Assembly: GCF_006345805.1 (NCBI RefSeq)
Contig: NC_042998.1
Location: 110,856,001-110,920,000, forward strand
DNA: 64,000 bases
Source of the DNA: Octopus sinensis
Taxonomy: Eukaryota
Direction: 5' to 3'
Shown: one piece after another, positions 42,452-55,692 of the stretch
Layout of the letters: every line of letters starts with the position of its first letter
Numbering within the stretch: the stretch's first letter is position 1
Program-made: the position numbers and the translations under genes
Notes under the pieces: model-generated
The model's database searches: none
Seen by the model: the letters and a program-made list of their open reading frames with translations, nothing else
Told to the model about the DNA's origin: nothing

Positions 42452-43006
42452 GGCCCTGGTGCAGTACCAGGCAGTGGCTCTCATGGCTTCTGATCTTGAC
42501 TGATTGGAAGTGTTATCATGTACATTTTTTTGTCTTGGTATAAAAGATGGGCTACAGCAAATATTCTGCTCAATACCGCAGATTTGCTTGTCAGTTGTTT
42601 GATCTTAGCCAGTTGAGCATGTCTCTTAATGGCTGACGATATGTGCATCTCTGATCACGAGCAGAAGTAGTGGAGGAGCATTATAGCCATGTGTTGAGAG
42701 GGAATCTTTTAGGTTTGAATATTTCACCTCTGGAAACATGGGTATTTCGTTCAACATCCTTAAACAACCCTTATTCAGGGACCTTTTGAGCGGGATGGGT
42801 TACTCGACCAGAAGAAAATTCTAACTGGGCCCCACCTGCAAGGTCATGTACAGTTCATCTTGATATGAGATCACCATGTCGCGCACATATGGTTGCGATG
42901 CATTTGCCTAGTGTACTCTTATCAGACGGGTAGTCATGATAGGTATACTGGGCTTCGTATATTTTACCTCAATGTCACTTTGAGGGCATGGACTGCTCTC
43001 TCAGTC
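42452..43006 (+). mobile_element. Family C repeat, longest copy
   Basis: Extends ~80 bp further 5' than the 38413 copy; ends ctctctcagtc followed by (AAT)n. Confidence 0.85.
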
Positions 43007-43019
43007 AATAATAATAATG

Positions 43020-43094
<75 letters not shown>

Positions 43095-43095
<1 letters not shown>

Positions 43096-43881
43096 TATGT
43101 TTGACTTTTGCTTTATATTTGTACATGTTGGCTCCAAGTCTCACCCAGAGACCTCAAGAGACAACAGGGTTGGAAGTTCATGTTGTTGTTATGCCTAGTG
43201 TGCCATATATTTGGGGGGTGGGGGTGTTGTACTAATGAATGTCTAAAAAAAAAAGTTTTTTTTTTGTTTTTCTCTTTTTAAACCGAAAATTATGTTTGTT
43301 TTAAACCTTGAGATTACATAGAAAGTATTTTGCGTAGGATATGAGCAGTTCCCATGAGCACTATCTTTTGAATTTCTGCCATTTTGGGGTTTCCTGGTAT
43401 CTGAGTTAGGTAGCTATCAGCCCCTATTGCTATCATTCCCAGGGCACCTATGACAACAGGTATTGTTTTAGTCTTCAGCTTCCACATTTTGCTGATTTCT
43501 ATTTCAAGATCTTTATATTTGCTCAGTTTTTGGTAGGTCTTGACAGATACGTTTATATCGATTGGGACAGTCATATCAATGAGGAGGCATGTTCTTTGTT
43601 TGAAGTCTTTCAATATGATGTCTGGCCTATTTGCATCTATCTTTCTGTCAGTTTGAATGGTGAAGTTCCAGAGGAGTGAGATGTGGTCATTTTCAAGCAC
43701 TGGGGGTGGCTTGTGTTCCCACCAGTTTTTTTCATGGGGCAAATCCAGATTTTTACAGATTACCCAGTGAATATATTGTGCAGCTCTATCGTGCCTGTTG
43801 AGATACTCTGTAGGCGCTAGAAGACTGCACTTGGAGACCACATGATCAATGGTTTCATTTTGTTGCTTGCATACACGACAC
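43095..43881 (-). mobile_element. R4/Dong-like LINE family B 3' end, inverted copy in (TTA)n
   Basis: ORF 43314..43841 contains the same RLE peptide as 39047..39475. Confidence 0.92.
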
Positions 43882-43933
<52 letters not shown>

Positions 43934-43936
<3 letters not shown>

Positions 43937-43945
43937 ATGATGATG

Positions 43946-43986
<41 letters not shown>

Positions 43987-43996
43987 AATAATAATA

Positions 43997-44031
<35 letters not shown>

Positions 44032-44133
44032 TAATAATAATAATGACGATGATGATGATGATGAGGATGATGACGACGACGATGATGATGATGATGATGA
44101 TGATTATAAGTATGATAATAATAATAATGATAG

Positions 44134-44174
<41 letters not shown>

Positions 44175-44252
44175 GTGATGGTGATGGTGATGGTGATGTT
44201 GATGTTGATGTTGATGGTGATGGTTATGGTGATGATGATGATTATGATGATG

Positions 44253-44315
<63 letters not shown>

Positions 44316-44433
44316 TAATAATATAATAATGATAATAATAATAATGACGATGATGATGATGATGAGGATGATGACGACGACGATGATGATGATGATGATG
44401 ATGATTATAAGTATGATAATATAATAATGATAG

Positions 44434-44474
<41 letters not shown>

Positions 44475-44552
44475 GTGATGGTGATGGTGATGGTGATGTT
44501 GATGTTGATGTTGATGGTGATGGTTATGGTGATGATGATGATTATGATGATG

Positions 44553-44622
<70 letters not shown>

Positions 44623-44634
44623 TAATAATAATAA
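43934..44634. repeat. Compound (TAA)/(GAT)/(GGTGAT)/(GTTGAT) microsatellite with an ~300-bp tandem duplication
   Basis: Unique interruption gattataagtatga at 44102 and 44403; gatagtgat at 44129 and 44429. Confidence 0.92.
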
Positions 44635-45286
44635 TTGCAGCGCGCAGGAAGAAGTCCTGAGAACAAATTACACCAAGTTCCAAATAGATAAAAGTAGCGA
44701 ATCGTCCCTTAGTAGCATGTGCAGCAGTAGAAACAAAACAATTTCACATATTGTGAGTGAGTGTAGCAAACTGACCCAAAAGCAATACAAAAGGAGGCGC
44801 GATAACATGGCTAAGTTCGTTCACTGGATGCTATGTGGGAAGTACGGCCTGAACAGAGAACGGAAATGGTACGAACATCAACCAGAAGGAGTCACTGAGA
44901 ACAAGGAACATAGGATACTGTGGAATATTATAGTCGTAGTCCTATGTGACTTCCTAATCGAGGCTCAGAGACCAAGTATTGTTGGGGTAGATAAAGAAAA
45001 AAAAGAAAGCCAAGATCATAGACAGTGCCATACCAGGAGATGCACGCATGGGTGACAAAGAACTAGAAAAGATTTAAGAGCACAGACTACCAAATGACGA
45101 AATTGCAAGAATGTGGACCATGGGAGAGTGTCTGCCATTCCAGTAGTTGTAGGGGCACTCGAAGCACTAACAACCAAGTTCGAGAAATATGTCAAAGAAA
45201 TCAGAAATGTCATGTGAGCAGAGCAAGCTCCCAAAACTGCTCTGCTGGGAAGGGCTAGGCATTTGAGATTGGTACTTGGATGTTGA
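44635..45286 (+). mobile_element. R4/Dong-like RLE 3' fragment (family D)
   Basis: AAQEEVLRTN, MC...KTISHIVSECSKL, KWYEHQPEGV, IPVVVGAL and KTALLG. Confidence 0.8.
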
Positions 45287-45289
45287 GTG

Positions 45290-45845
45290 TCTCCTACGAT
45301 AATTAACAACCAATTATCGAAACTCATAATGTGCGGAGAGAGACCCGCTCTCACAGATTCTACTAGATGTAACGACAGTGAAATAGCTAATCCCTTACAA
45401 CTTTCAGACCTTCTCCTCCAGTGGCTCATATTTATCCAGCTTTTGGCGATCTCTATTTTTCACTCTATCATTTCCTGAGATAGAGATATCGATAATTTGG
45501 GCCTTTTTTACTTTTACGTTGACGACTACAATGTCTGGCCTCAATCATTCTATCACACTGAATGATGACGTTCCACTAAAGCTTAGATTTCTCGTTCTTT
45601 AACACCCCTTCTGCTTTCTGCTCATACCATCTAGCAGCTCTGGCAAACTCACATTTCTCAGAAATCATCCAGTGTATTTGTGTGGCACCATTTTCATGTC
45701 GTCTTTAACAGCGTGGCTGTACTAACTTAGCTCATTTGCTTACAATGTGGCTGAACATTTCTCTTTTTATTCCACACATTCTACACATGATAATTTCACT
45801 TGATGAACATGATATTTAACGCAGTTAATGCGTAGAGTTTCTTCC
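45290..45845 (-). mobile_element. Degenerate RLE LINE 3' fragment, tail-to-tail with family D
   Basis: Minus strand CRMCG....FSHIVS, RRHEN, IHW, RWYEQKAEGV, WNVIIQCD and IIDISI. Confidence 0.65.
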
Positions 45846-47279
45846 CCTATGTGTGTGTGCGTGTGTGCGTGTGTGCGTGTGTGCGTGCGCGCGAGAGCGT
45901 TTTTGTGTTAATTGAAATTTCATAATTTGTAATGTTTAACGTTTTATTGCTTTTAGACAAACAATGAAAGAAATTAGTCATCGCAGCTTTTATTTATAAG
46001 TACATAATTGAATGAGAATTTCTGCACGTCTGTTTTCCTGGATTCGTAGCTTTTAGCATCTACGACTCAAGTGGAACATATATGGTGCTGGTTTTATAAT
46101 AATTCGGGGAAAGAGTGTGTCTGTAGCACTTTAGTTAACTGACTAGGGGCTCAAATTCGCACCACCCTAAAACACTTTCAGTTCTTATGACCAGTAAAAT
46201 GCCAAATCAGAAGTTTAGCAATGACATCGAAATGTAGAAGAAATTGTTTAATAGTGGTACGAAGAATTTTCTTGAAGCTATTCACGAATTGGGTGACAAG
46301 CAATAAGAATAAATGAAATGTTTAGCCTTTTTACGTATGCTTCAACGGTAAGGCATCTTTGATGACGGTTTGGCATAAAATGTTGCTGAGATGCAATTTT
46401 GTTGTTAAGAATATCATTTTGCTTCGAACGAAATTGATAGAATATGAAGTGAGTCTCCAGGAAGAAAATCTATGTATATTGAAAGCCAAAATTATAATTC
46501 TTTCAAAAGTTACAAAAATGTGTTCATTGAAACGATGATAGAAAGAGTGTACAAATTCATATTAAGATAGAAAAGGCACAAGCAACATTGAAAGTGAGGA
46601 AAAGCAATATGACGTAAACATTATGAAAAATTATGAAGAAATTATAGAAAAAAGTTCTAGTGAAATTTTACCTGGACATGACCAGATGAAAATTTCGAGT
46701 GGACAAATTACTAAAAATCACCTGCACTAAGTCTACAGAAAATTCCATAAACATTTGAAACGATGAGTTTTCACGTAAATTTTATTTATATGAATAAAAA
46801 ATTGTTTATGTTTCACATATTTTTTCTAAAGTTAATAGCTCCTTGTTTAATTTATTCATGAAGCCTAAATCCTAAAAGATCTTCATAGGATCAGATGCAA
46901 ATGGCTGCTCAAATATTGTGTTTTTATTTCGGTAGTTTAGAATAATAATCGCTGGATATGCAGTGTTTATCGACAACACAAGCCCTTCTAATTAGGTTGC
47001 AACGTGTAACTTCATTACACAAAGCACTCTAACAATTTTGAAATATTTCACCGAAAAATTCATTAATCACGTCTAAAGTATTAGGCGCTTCTTTCGATCG
47101 TTCATTATTGTTTTACCTCCTTTTGGCCCTTATAATATTTCATCAGATATTTCGAGCATTTATGGTATTCTTAAGAAAAACAATAGATTCATTTTCTCTG
47201 AGAACGATAGATCAGTTCCTGTCACTCTGATTACGAATGTACTTTCTGATACTTCATTCATATATGTATATATATATAT

Positions 47280-47320
<41 letters not shown>

Positions 47321-47374
47321 TGTGTGCGTGCGTGCGTGCGTGCGTGCCTGCGTGCGTGCGTGCGTGTGTGTGTG

Positions 47375-48407
47375 TTAAATAAAATGAGACAGCAAAATCA
47401 TAGCTGTGTGGAATTTATAGGACATTTATAAAGGAGAAGGTAGTCTTACAACTGTTTCTGGGATATTAGGGATATCTCTTCATCAGAGATGATAGGAGAG
47501 ATTTAGCTAGAGGGAAATAAGAAAATAAAAGGATGGATATAGGAAGTATAAAGGGTAATAAGAGAATAAAAATAAAAGTAAAAATATATGTAGGATGCTA
47601 CTGTTGCAGTTCCATTGTCCAAGGAAAGTGCTGTGTAGAATGGGTAGAAATGCTTCTCATACATGGTATGTAGATTCCGGTAGGATTTCATATTTGTTAT
47701 TGCGAATGGATAGTGTGGAGACATAAATTCCATGAGCTGTTCATTCAAAGGGGTTTTGTGGTTTGAATGAAATTTTGAGAGTGTACTGATAGAGGTAAGT
47801 AGATAAATTAAGAGAATGGTATTAGTAAAAAAGAATGGAGAGGAAAGGAGAAAGTAAGAAAGAAAGAGGAATAAAAATTTAAAAAAGGAGTGCTAGATGG
47901 TGGTCAAGATATTGCGAGGGGAATGGGAGAGGAGAGCTATCAGGATAAAAGGAATAGGGGATAGAAGGAAGAGATATAAATGTAAGGAATTTATATGTGA
48001 GAAATGGGTGGTGGGGGTGATATATTTGAAAGACACGAAGGTAGGGAGATAGGTAAGGAAATGGTACAGTTGTTGTACTAAAGTGAGTTCTAGACGCCAA
48101 AAAAGGAAGGGAAGAATAATAAGATGTAATGGTCAAGTTTCTAAAAATAGACGTAGGTATTATTGCACTAGCTAAAGTGATAGTGGGAGCTGGTGAATCA
48201 GAGAGAGGAAGAAAGATGTGTATATAGATATACACACGCGCGCCAAAAAATACATATAAATGTGTATATGCACTATTATATAAGCCCACATGCTTATGTA
48301 CCTATATCCGTACGCATGTCTGCATATATATATACATACGCACTCATATATACATACATCTATACACCCACAGACCTATATATATGTATGTATGTATGTA
48401 TGTATGC

Positions 48408-48476
<69 letters not shown>

Positions 48477-48815
48477 GTGCTTATATATGAATTATTAAAC
48501 AATTAAAAAATTAAAATTAAAAATTGAAAAGTAAAAGAAATATGACATTTGAAAGTCAAATATGTTTGTTGGCTATTCCCTAAGGGGTGTTCGGTATATG
48601 TACTTTGTTGTGATTCAGGCTGCAGTTATATTTCACGTAAAATTTGAAGGTATGAAAAAAGCGGTGTTTGCATGTACCCAAGTCCTCATTATACTTATTT
48701 AGAAGTATTGAAGAGTTGTGTTTTAATATGTAGAATACCTCTTTTAGGCATAGCATACAGACTGAGCATTGACCCTGGTTTGGAAATCCTGAATCTATTA
48801 TGGATGGTATATATG
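47375..48815 (-). mobile_element. Penelope-like element 3' end (GIY-YIG C-terminus, 3' UTR and hammerhead)
   Basis: Minus strand CMLCLKEVFYILKHNSSILLNKYNEDLGTCKHR (cf. CQLCCVE..NLINKRSE...CIH near 57630); hammerhead at 47443-47490. Confidence 0.72.
47443..47490 (-). ncRNA. Type I hammerhead ribozyme (core intact, stems decayed)
   Basis: Minus strand: UCU-CUGAUGA-A-GAGAUAU(cccua)AUAUCCC-A-GAAAC-AGUU-GUA-AGA. Confidence 0.65.
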
Positions 48816-48819
48816 TATT

Positions 48820-49130
48820 TGTGGAGGCGCAATGGCCCAGTGGTTATGGCAGCGGACTCGTGGTCGTAGGATCGCAGTTTCGATTCCAAGTCCGGGCGTT
48901 GTGAGTGTTTATTGAGCGAAAGCAGTTAAAGCTACACGAGGCTCCAGCAGGGAGTGGTGGTGATCCCTACTGTACTCTTTAATCACAATTTCCTCTCACT
49001 CTTTCTTCACTTGGCCTGCTCGCTTAGCCAGCGGGGTGGCGTCATTGAAGGCTAAAACAATGCGAAGCGCATTGTGACCAGCGATGTGTAGCAACACCTG
49101 ATGGCCTGGTCGGTCACGTGATCATGTGAT
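48820..49130 (+). mobile_element. tRNA-derived SINE
   Basis: Head ggaggcgcaatggcccagtggtta.ggcagcggactcg...gtttcgattcc with A/B boxes; tail cacgtgatcatgtgat. Confidence 0.75.
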
Positions 49131-49993
49131 ATATTTATATATATATATACAAAGTATTTAGTTTTATAAATATAATTATAAACATTTATACATACCATAT
49201 GAACACAATGTATCCACAATGCATATGCAAATGTTCACGCTTATATACAAGTTAAATCTAGTTCGTTCATCTCACCCACATGTAAATAACCAAAATAATT
49301 CAGCAGGGAATAAATTCCGTTAAAGTGAATTCATATTTATCAATTATAATCAAGGATCAGATCTATATAGGATTTTATCAAGAAGGTAGCATGTAAAAAC
49401 TAATTTAGGTAAAAGTTTATAGAAATATAATTACAAAATTATAATAAGGGCAGCTACTGAATAATGCCACATGCTAGAAGAAGACGCCTGATGGCTCTCA
49501 AACTACTATATTTATCAAGTAGACATGAGCTGAAAGCGAGGGAATGAACAAAATGTTTTTAAAAAGTTTATATAATACTTATATAAAACCTTTGTATGTT
49601 ACGGAGAAAAAGCTATTATGGAAGGCTCGTAGTATAATAACTGAAAAAGGATGAACACAGCAGTTTTCAGCTATTTGTTTGTATTTACAAAATCATCGCT
49701 TCTAACAGGAGAATAAAATATTATGATATATATGTATGTGTGTGTGAGAGTGTATGTATACCAAATGTACACACTCACACATACACACACACGCACGAAC
49801 ACATACACACACACACACACACGCCACACACACATATATGCATATGTATGGATAAGTGCGCGCAGGTATATACAAAAACTGAGGAGGACCGAACAAAACG
49901 CAGCAAAGGGATGAAAGAAAATGATGATCAACATACAAACAGAATCATTTGTTCGTCTGTATGTGTGTGTTTTATTTTATATTTTGTGTGTAC

Positions 49994-50054
<61 letters not shown>

Positions 50055-50512
50055 ATATATTATATATATATATATACATATATGAAATTACCTCTGTGTG
50101 TGTTTGTGTTTTAAGAGACAGATTTCTAAGGCGATATTTTAATGTAGAAAAGATAAGAATTCAATTTATTGAGTCACAGGTGTTATTTCGAGTCTAGTAG
50201 AGACGTTTAACTTAGAAATGGTCCATTTTATTATACTGTAAATTGTTACTACGTCATATAAATATCTCTTTACGGTAAACGGCGCCATTATTGTATATTT
50301 TAAGTGTTCAATTACGTTGCGAAACTGAGTTCAAATTTGCTTCGATGTTTAGAAAGTAAATGGTCCAAAATTTCTATTTCTAAATGTCATGTTAATGCTT
50401 TAGAAATTCCTAATATATTTTCTTTGTACTACCGGGTATTTTGTGGTAAATATATTTTGGCGCAATTTGCACATGAATTTAAAGAAAATAATAAATGACA
50501 TGTATGTTTAAA

Positions 50513-50750
50513 TGGAGGCATGTGGCTTAGTGGCTAGAGTGTGGACCCATGATCGTAAGATTGTAGTTTCCATTCCTGAACAAGGTAACGTGTTTTGTTC
50601 CTGAGCAAAACACTTCATTTGATGTTGTTTCAGTCCACTCAGCTGACAAAAGTGAGTAATTTTGTGACGGAGTGATGTCTGTCCATGTGGAGAATTTATA
50701 CGCCGGCAAACTGGCTCTTATGAATCGGCATGATTCGAGAAGGTAACATT
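50513..50750 (+). mobile_element. tRNA-derived CORE-type SINE
   Basis: ggaggcatgtggcttagtggctagag...cctgagcaaaacactt...cagtccactcagctg; related to 28281-28602. Confidence 0.7.
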
Positions 50751-50904
50751 TCTTTACTTTATGTGTAATTAGCCTATGCATTTAAAGAAATTAAATTACA
50801 GATAAATATTAAGTACTTATTGAATAAAATCATAATTAACTTATACGAAGTAGTTCTCTATATTTTATTCATTATGGGGTTGACTGTTATACTTATCTTT
50901 AATT

Positions 50905-51070
50905 GTTTTTCTCCTTATTCTGGTCATTATACTGCGTCCAAGCTGGGGCGCAGCTGTGAAGAAGTTTCAGTCAAATGAATCGAGCCAAGCACTCATTTTT
51001 GTAAAGCCTGGTACTTATTCAATCGATCCATTTTGCCGAACTCCTAGCTTATGGGACGTAAACAACCAAT
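50905..51070 (-). mobile_element. SINE 3' fragment (family of 53391-53780)
   Basis: Reverse complement matches the tail tttacgtccc...gttcggcaaaa...aataagtaccaggctt...ccagc.tgg.cgcagt. Confidence 0.6.
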
Positions 51071-51160
51071 ACGTATCCGTGAATATATATATATATATAT
51101 ACTTACACACACACACACACATATATCTGTAAACGTACACATACACACATATAGACCTAC

Positions 51161-51211
<51 letters not shown>

Positions 51212-52956
51212 TGTATGTATGTATGTATGTATATATATATATATAGGGAGAACAGCTGTTTTTTTCCTTATTTTCGCATGACTACTTGATTGTTGAGTTG
51301 GAAGAAGCAAAATGCTAAATCTATCAAGATTATCAAAGTTATTATATGTTTACGCTGTTCCTACGTCTTTTTCTTTCATATATATATATATATATATATA
51401 TTAATTAGTAATGATGAAAACCGAATTCGACTTTTATGGGATGTGATCTCAGAACATAATTGGTCAAAACTGGGACAGATATAGTCGAACATATTGACAT
51501 GTAATTGCACTATATTAATTTTTCTCGATCACGGAAGGCTGATAAAAAAAGACGTCCGAAAGTATTTGAAATCAAATGGTATAGGTTATAATTATATACC
51601 ATCAAGCATTTTCTTCTCCGATTATTCCACTCCTAATGTTTGTACTGTTTGACAGTTTTTAATGAAATTGCCCACTAAACAATTTCTACTTTTATGTATC
51701 TTACATCGGTTTAATTAACATATTACATATTAGGTTTCGTTACGTTGCAGCTGGTCCCTAATCATAAATTGTTTCTCTTGTAGTGAAAATCAAAACATTA
51801 AATCTTTTCTGAATCTTTCATTCTTATTTCGTTGATTGGTTTTCCTTGTTAATGTCTTCCTTTCTTTTAATCTTCGTTAACAACATTTGCTTCAATCCAC
51901 TCTCATTGGCTTTAACGCCAAATGAACTTACACCGCATTGAAACATCAACATATAAAGGTTACTGATCAGGGCATTATGCAACGTTAATAATATTCAGAA
52001 GTCTATGAGTTTCTTCAGATGAAAGCTTTGAAAGGAAATCTACTCGATGGAATAACACACTTCATAGTTGTCACACTCTAGTCACATTTTAGCTTCTATA
52101 AACATAGACAAATTGTAAGGAATATATTTAACAGTAAGACCTCAGAAAACAGATGTAATTAGATATCGGATGTATGTCTGTGAATAGGAGTATGCAAAGG
52201 ATATTGTTTTACGACTTGCCGGCTTTGGAAGAGGGAACAATGCCCATTGCATTTACAACCTCTTCTAGAACGCTAAAATGGGTGTTACCAATAACTTTAT
52301 TGAGCATTTTCAAAATAATTCCCCACGAAACAGCAGCTAGGGTTGGAATTCCACGGGTAGCCGTTACGGTAAGCAGTGAGCTGTGATTAATGTAGAGCCT
52401 ACTAGCTTGCGCATAAGATAGCTACAGACAAAAGGGAGATATTAGCGAGCAGGAACAACGAACATGATGAAATTGCATATTTTCTTATCGTATTCTTCTT
52501 CCTCTCACCCTTTAACAGTTTACATTTGCTTGCGCAACTATATCAACCATTTTTTTCCAATCTTTTCTTGGTGAAGGGAGTCGGACGCTTTAATAGTTTC
52601 ATATGACTGGTAACCTGTTATATACCGAATGATTTCTCCACATTTCATATGTAATTTATGATCCTCGAAAATATTACGTAGATCCGGGCTTTTTGAAACA
52701 AATAACGAGTTTTGAAATTACACATCTAATTATTTTGTCTGTACTTATATTCTGTATTCGTTTGTACGCTATGTAAGTATATTTATGAGAAGGCTGTGTT
52801 TATCCCCTCATACCAGTTAGATTTACATTTCTCTAACAGGCATTCCTGCCCGGAAGAAGCATTCGGAGTTAAATTTTAAATACTTTGAGCACTACTATTA
52901 TATCATTTCTCTACTGAGCATGCACAGCTCTCAGTTACTGTCTGTATGTATATATG

Positions 52957-53063
<107 letters not shown>

Positions 53064-53205
53064 AGTATGTGTGTATGCGTGTGTATATATTTATATTTAT
53101 ATATTTATACATATACATATATATACATATATACACGCACACACCTATATATATATATATACATACATATGTTTATATACATGTACATACATAAATACAT
53201 ACGTG

Positions 53206-53253
<48 letters not shown>

Positions 53254-53302
53254 CGTGTGCATACAGAAGTGAATAAATTGTCCCGAAGTGAAATTTGTCT
53301 AC

Positions 53303-53333
<31 letters not shown>

Positions 53334-53337
53334 ATAT

Positions 53338-53371
<34 letters not shown>

Positions 53372-53390
53372 ATGCATGTATATGTATATA

Positions 53391-53780
53391 GGCGCAGGCG
53401 TGGCTCTGTGGTAACAAGTTTACATCCCAAACAAATAGATCCGGACATTGGGTGAGTCTCTTCTGATATAGCTTCGGACGACTTTTGAGTGCGCTTGGTA
53501 GACAGAAACCGAAAGAAGCCAATCTCGTGTGTATGTATATAAATGTGTGTGTGTATGTGTGTGTGTGTGCGTGCGTATTTCTGTCTGTGTTTTCTCCTTG
53601 GTAATTAGTGTTGGTGTATTTATGTTCACATCGTTTAGATCTTTGGCAAACAGAGTCAGTATAACTGCCAGGCTTAAAATAGAAACAAAGACTGGGGTCC
53701 ATTCGTTCTACTACAGTTCCTCATGGCAGTGCTCCAGCATGGCCGTAGTCCGATGACTGAAGCAAGTAAAAGGTAAAAGA
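53391..53780 (+). mobile_element. tRNA-derived SINE with internal (TG)n
   Basis: Head ggcgcaggcgtggctctgtggtaa, ttggtagacagaaaccgaaagaagcc, tail gctccagcatggccgtagtccgatgactgaagcaagtaaaag; a second head fragment lies at ~53945-54000. Confidence 0.75.
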
Positions 53781-53815
53781 TAAAATATATTTATAGATAA
53801 CATAAAATGTATGTG

Positions 53816-53933
<118 letters not shown>

Positions 53934-54216
53934 GGGGAGAAAGAGCGACGCAGGTGAGGTTGTGCAGTAAGCAGTTTGCTTCCCAACCTTAGATTTCTGG
54001 ACTCAGTCTCTCTGAATGACTAAGGATAAGAAGAAGACTTTTAAAAAGTACTGGCGAGGATTTGTCTGTCTTAACAGAAGGCAGTAACAAAATATGGCCG
54101 CACTCTAAAGTAATATATATATATATATATATGACGAATTCACAAAAAAAAGCACGAAGACAGGTGGTGTAAACAACAAACAGATGTATTGGTATAACGC
54201 TCGGTAGTGAAAAAGT

Positions 54217-54252
54217 CTTTAACGTTTCGAGCCTATGCTCTTCCACAGAAAG
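54217..54252 (-). ncRNA. Hammerhead-like motif with non-canonical core in a PLE-type terminal fragment
   Basis: Minus strand: CUUU-CUGUGGA-A-GAGC(auag)GCUC-GAAAC-GUU-AAAG. All three stems are present; core A6 is U. Confidence 0.5.
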
Positions 54253-54618
54253 GAACACAGAAAGAACAAAGAGAGAAAATAAATATGAAAAAGTTACGAA
54301 AAGTTCAAATGTTTCAAAAGCTTCAGACGTCGTGGTGTATTGGAGCGATTTTTCATCAATAGAGGCTGGAGAGGTGCAGCTGAAGTATAGAAATTTCGTG
54401 AGTGAAATATATGTACGTATGTATATGTGGGTGGGGGTGCTAATCAGATAGTGTGCCGTATAGCCAGATGGAGACGATCTCTCCTGGGGCTAAACAACAG
54501 TAGCATTCGCCTCCAAATTGGACTGCTACTGCTAAATCGTTACTTCATATATATATATATATATATATAATATATATAATATATAATATATATATATATA
54601 TCTATATATATATATATA

Positions 54619-54650
<32 letters not shown>

Positions 54651-54732
54651 ATATATATATATATAATATATATTATATATATATATATATATAGATATAT
54701 GTATAAATATATTTATGTGTATATATATATAT

Positions 54733-55692
54733 ATTGATCAAAATAAAATAAAAACATGATGCGAAGGATTCAGCGGTACATATGTTTCGGGCCTTTATTA
54801 GACAGATTTATAACAATGCATAATGTATGTCTGTGGCCTTCTTCAGCCGCGCACAACAGCTTCCACAAGGACATGTGTTACATCAAAAATTCTTGGTTGG
54901 GGATGCAAATCCTCTCATTCACGTACGACATAATGCGGCAGCAGCATAGAATTGAAGCGTCCATCTCTTTCTTCTCTCAATGTAGAATGAGGAAAATTGG
55001 ATGTTGAGGTAATGTAAATAAATAAATACATATATAGAGGTGAAGATGGAGGGGCGAGAGTTCGGGACGAGGGATAAAAAATGTATAAAAAGTGTAAGTA
55101 TAGAATAATATAAAAATGTAGAGGATAAAAATATAAAGAGTTGTAAGGAGATGTAAAGGGGGTATAAAGAAATATAAAGAAATATAAATAAATGTAAAGG
55201 CATAAGGTTATAAAGTAAAAATAGAAACAGAAATAAAAGTAAAAAAACCTGATAAAAACATGATAAAAGTGTAAAAGAATGTAAAGATAAGGGATGTGTA
55301 GAGGTTACGGACCAAGCATGGTGGTCAGGAGATTGATAAAATTTAGTTGTAAAATTGTCAGTAAATCAACAGTTTCGTCTGGGGACCTAATGCGTTGTAA
55401 ATCAGAGCTGATGAGCATTTAATCTGGTTCCTTGAATTAAATGGACTTCTAGTACATACATATCATCATGGATACATACACCCACATACACGCGTACATA
55501 TACGCCTCCAAGCTTATAAGCATACACACGCACTCGCGTGTAAACACGTACATAAACACACACGCACCCACACGCACACATACAACAACAGAATATCCGC
55601 ATGTATACACGGACCTTATACGCGTACACACTCACATGTATTTACGCGCGCCCATCACTACATACACACACGTATATGCCCACGCCTCTAGG
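54733..55692 (-). repeat. Inverted pseudo-LTR copy (~960 bp)
   Basis: Colinear reverse complement of 58843-59816, from attgatcaaaat to cacgcctctagg. Confidence 0.95.
54773..54850 (-). ncRNA. Type I hammerhead ribozyme (inverted copy)
   Basis: Reverse complement of 59698-59775. Confidence 0.82.

Noticed and set aside
43932-44683. Poly-Y/H/N/D/I/M ORFs, and similar ORFs at 1644, 7533, 13228, 38017 and 52920
   Set aside because: Translations of microsatellites that lack stops by composition; not genes.
46130-46760. Possible hAT transposase relic (CLAFFT..RHL)
   Set aside because: A single weak motif and no terminal repeats found.
55408-55450. CUGAUGAG followed by a CAUUUAAU/AUUAAAUG hairpin, resembling a second hammerhead in the pseudo-LTR
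   Set aside because: No GAAA follows the stem, and it lies antisense to the element.
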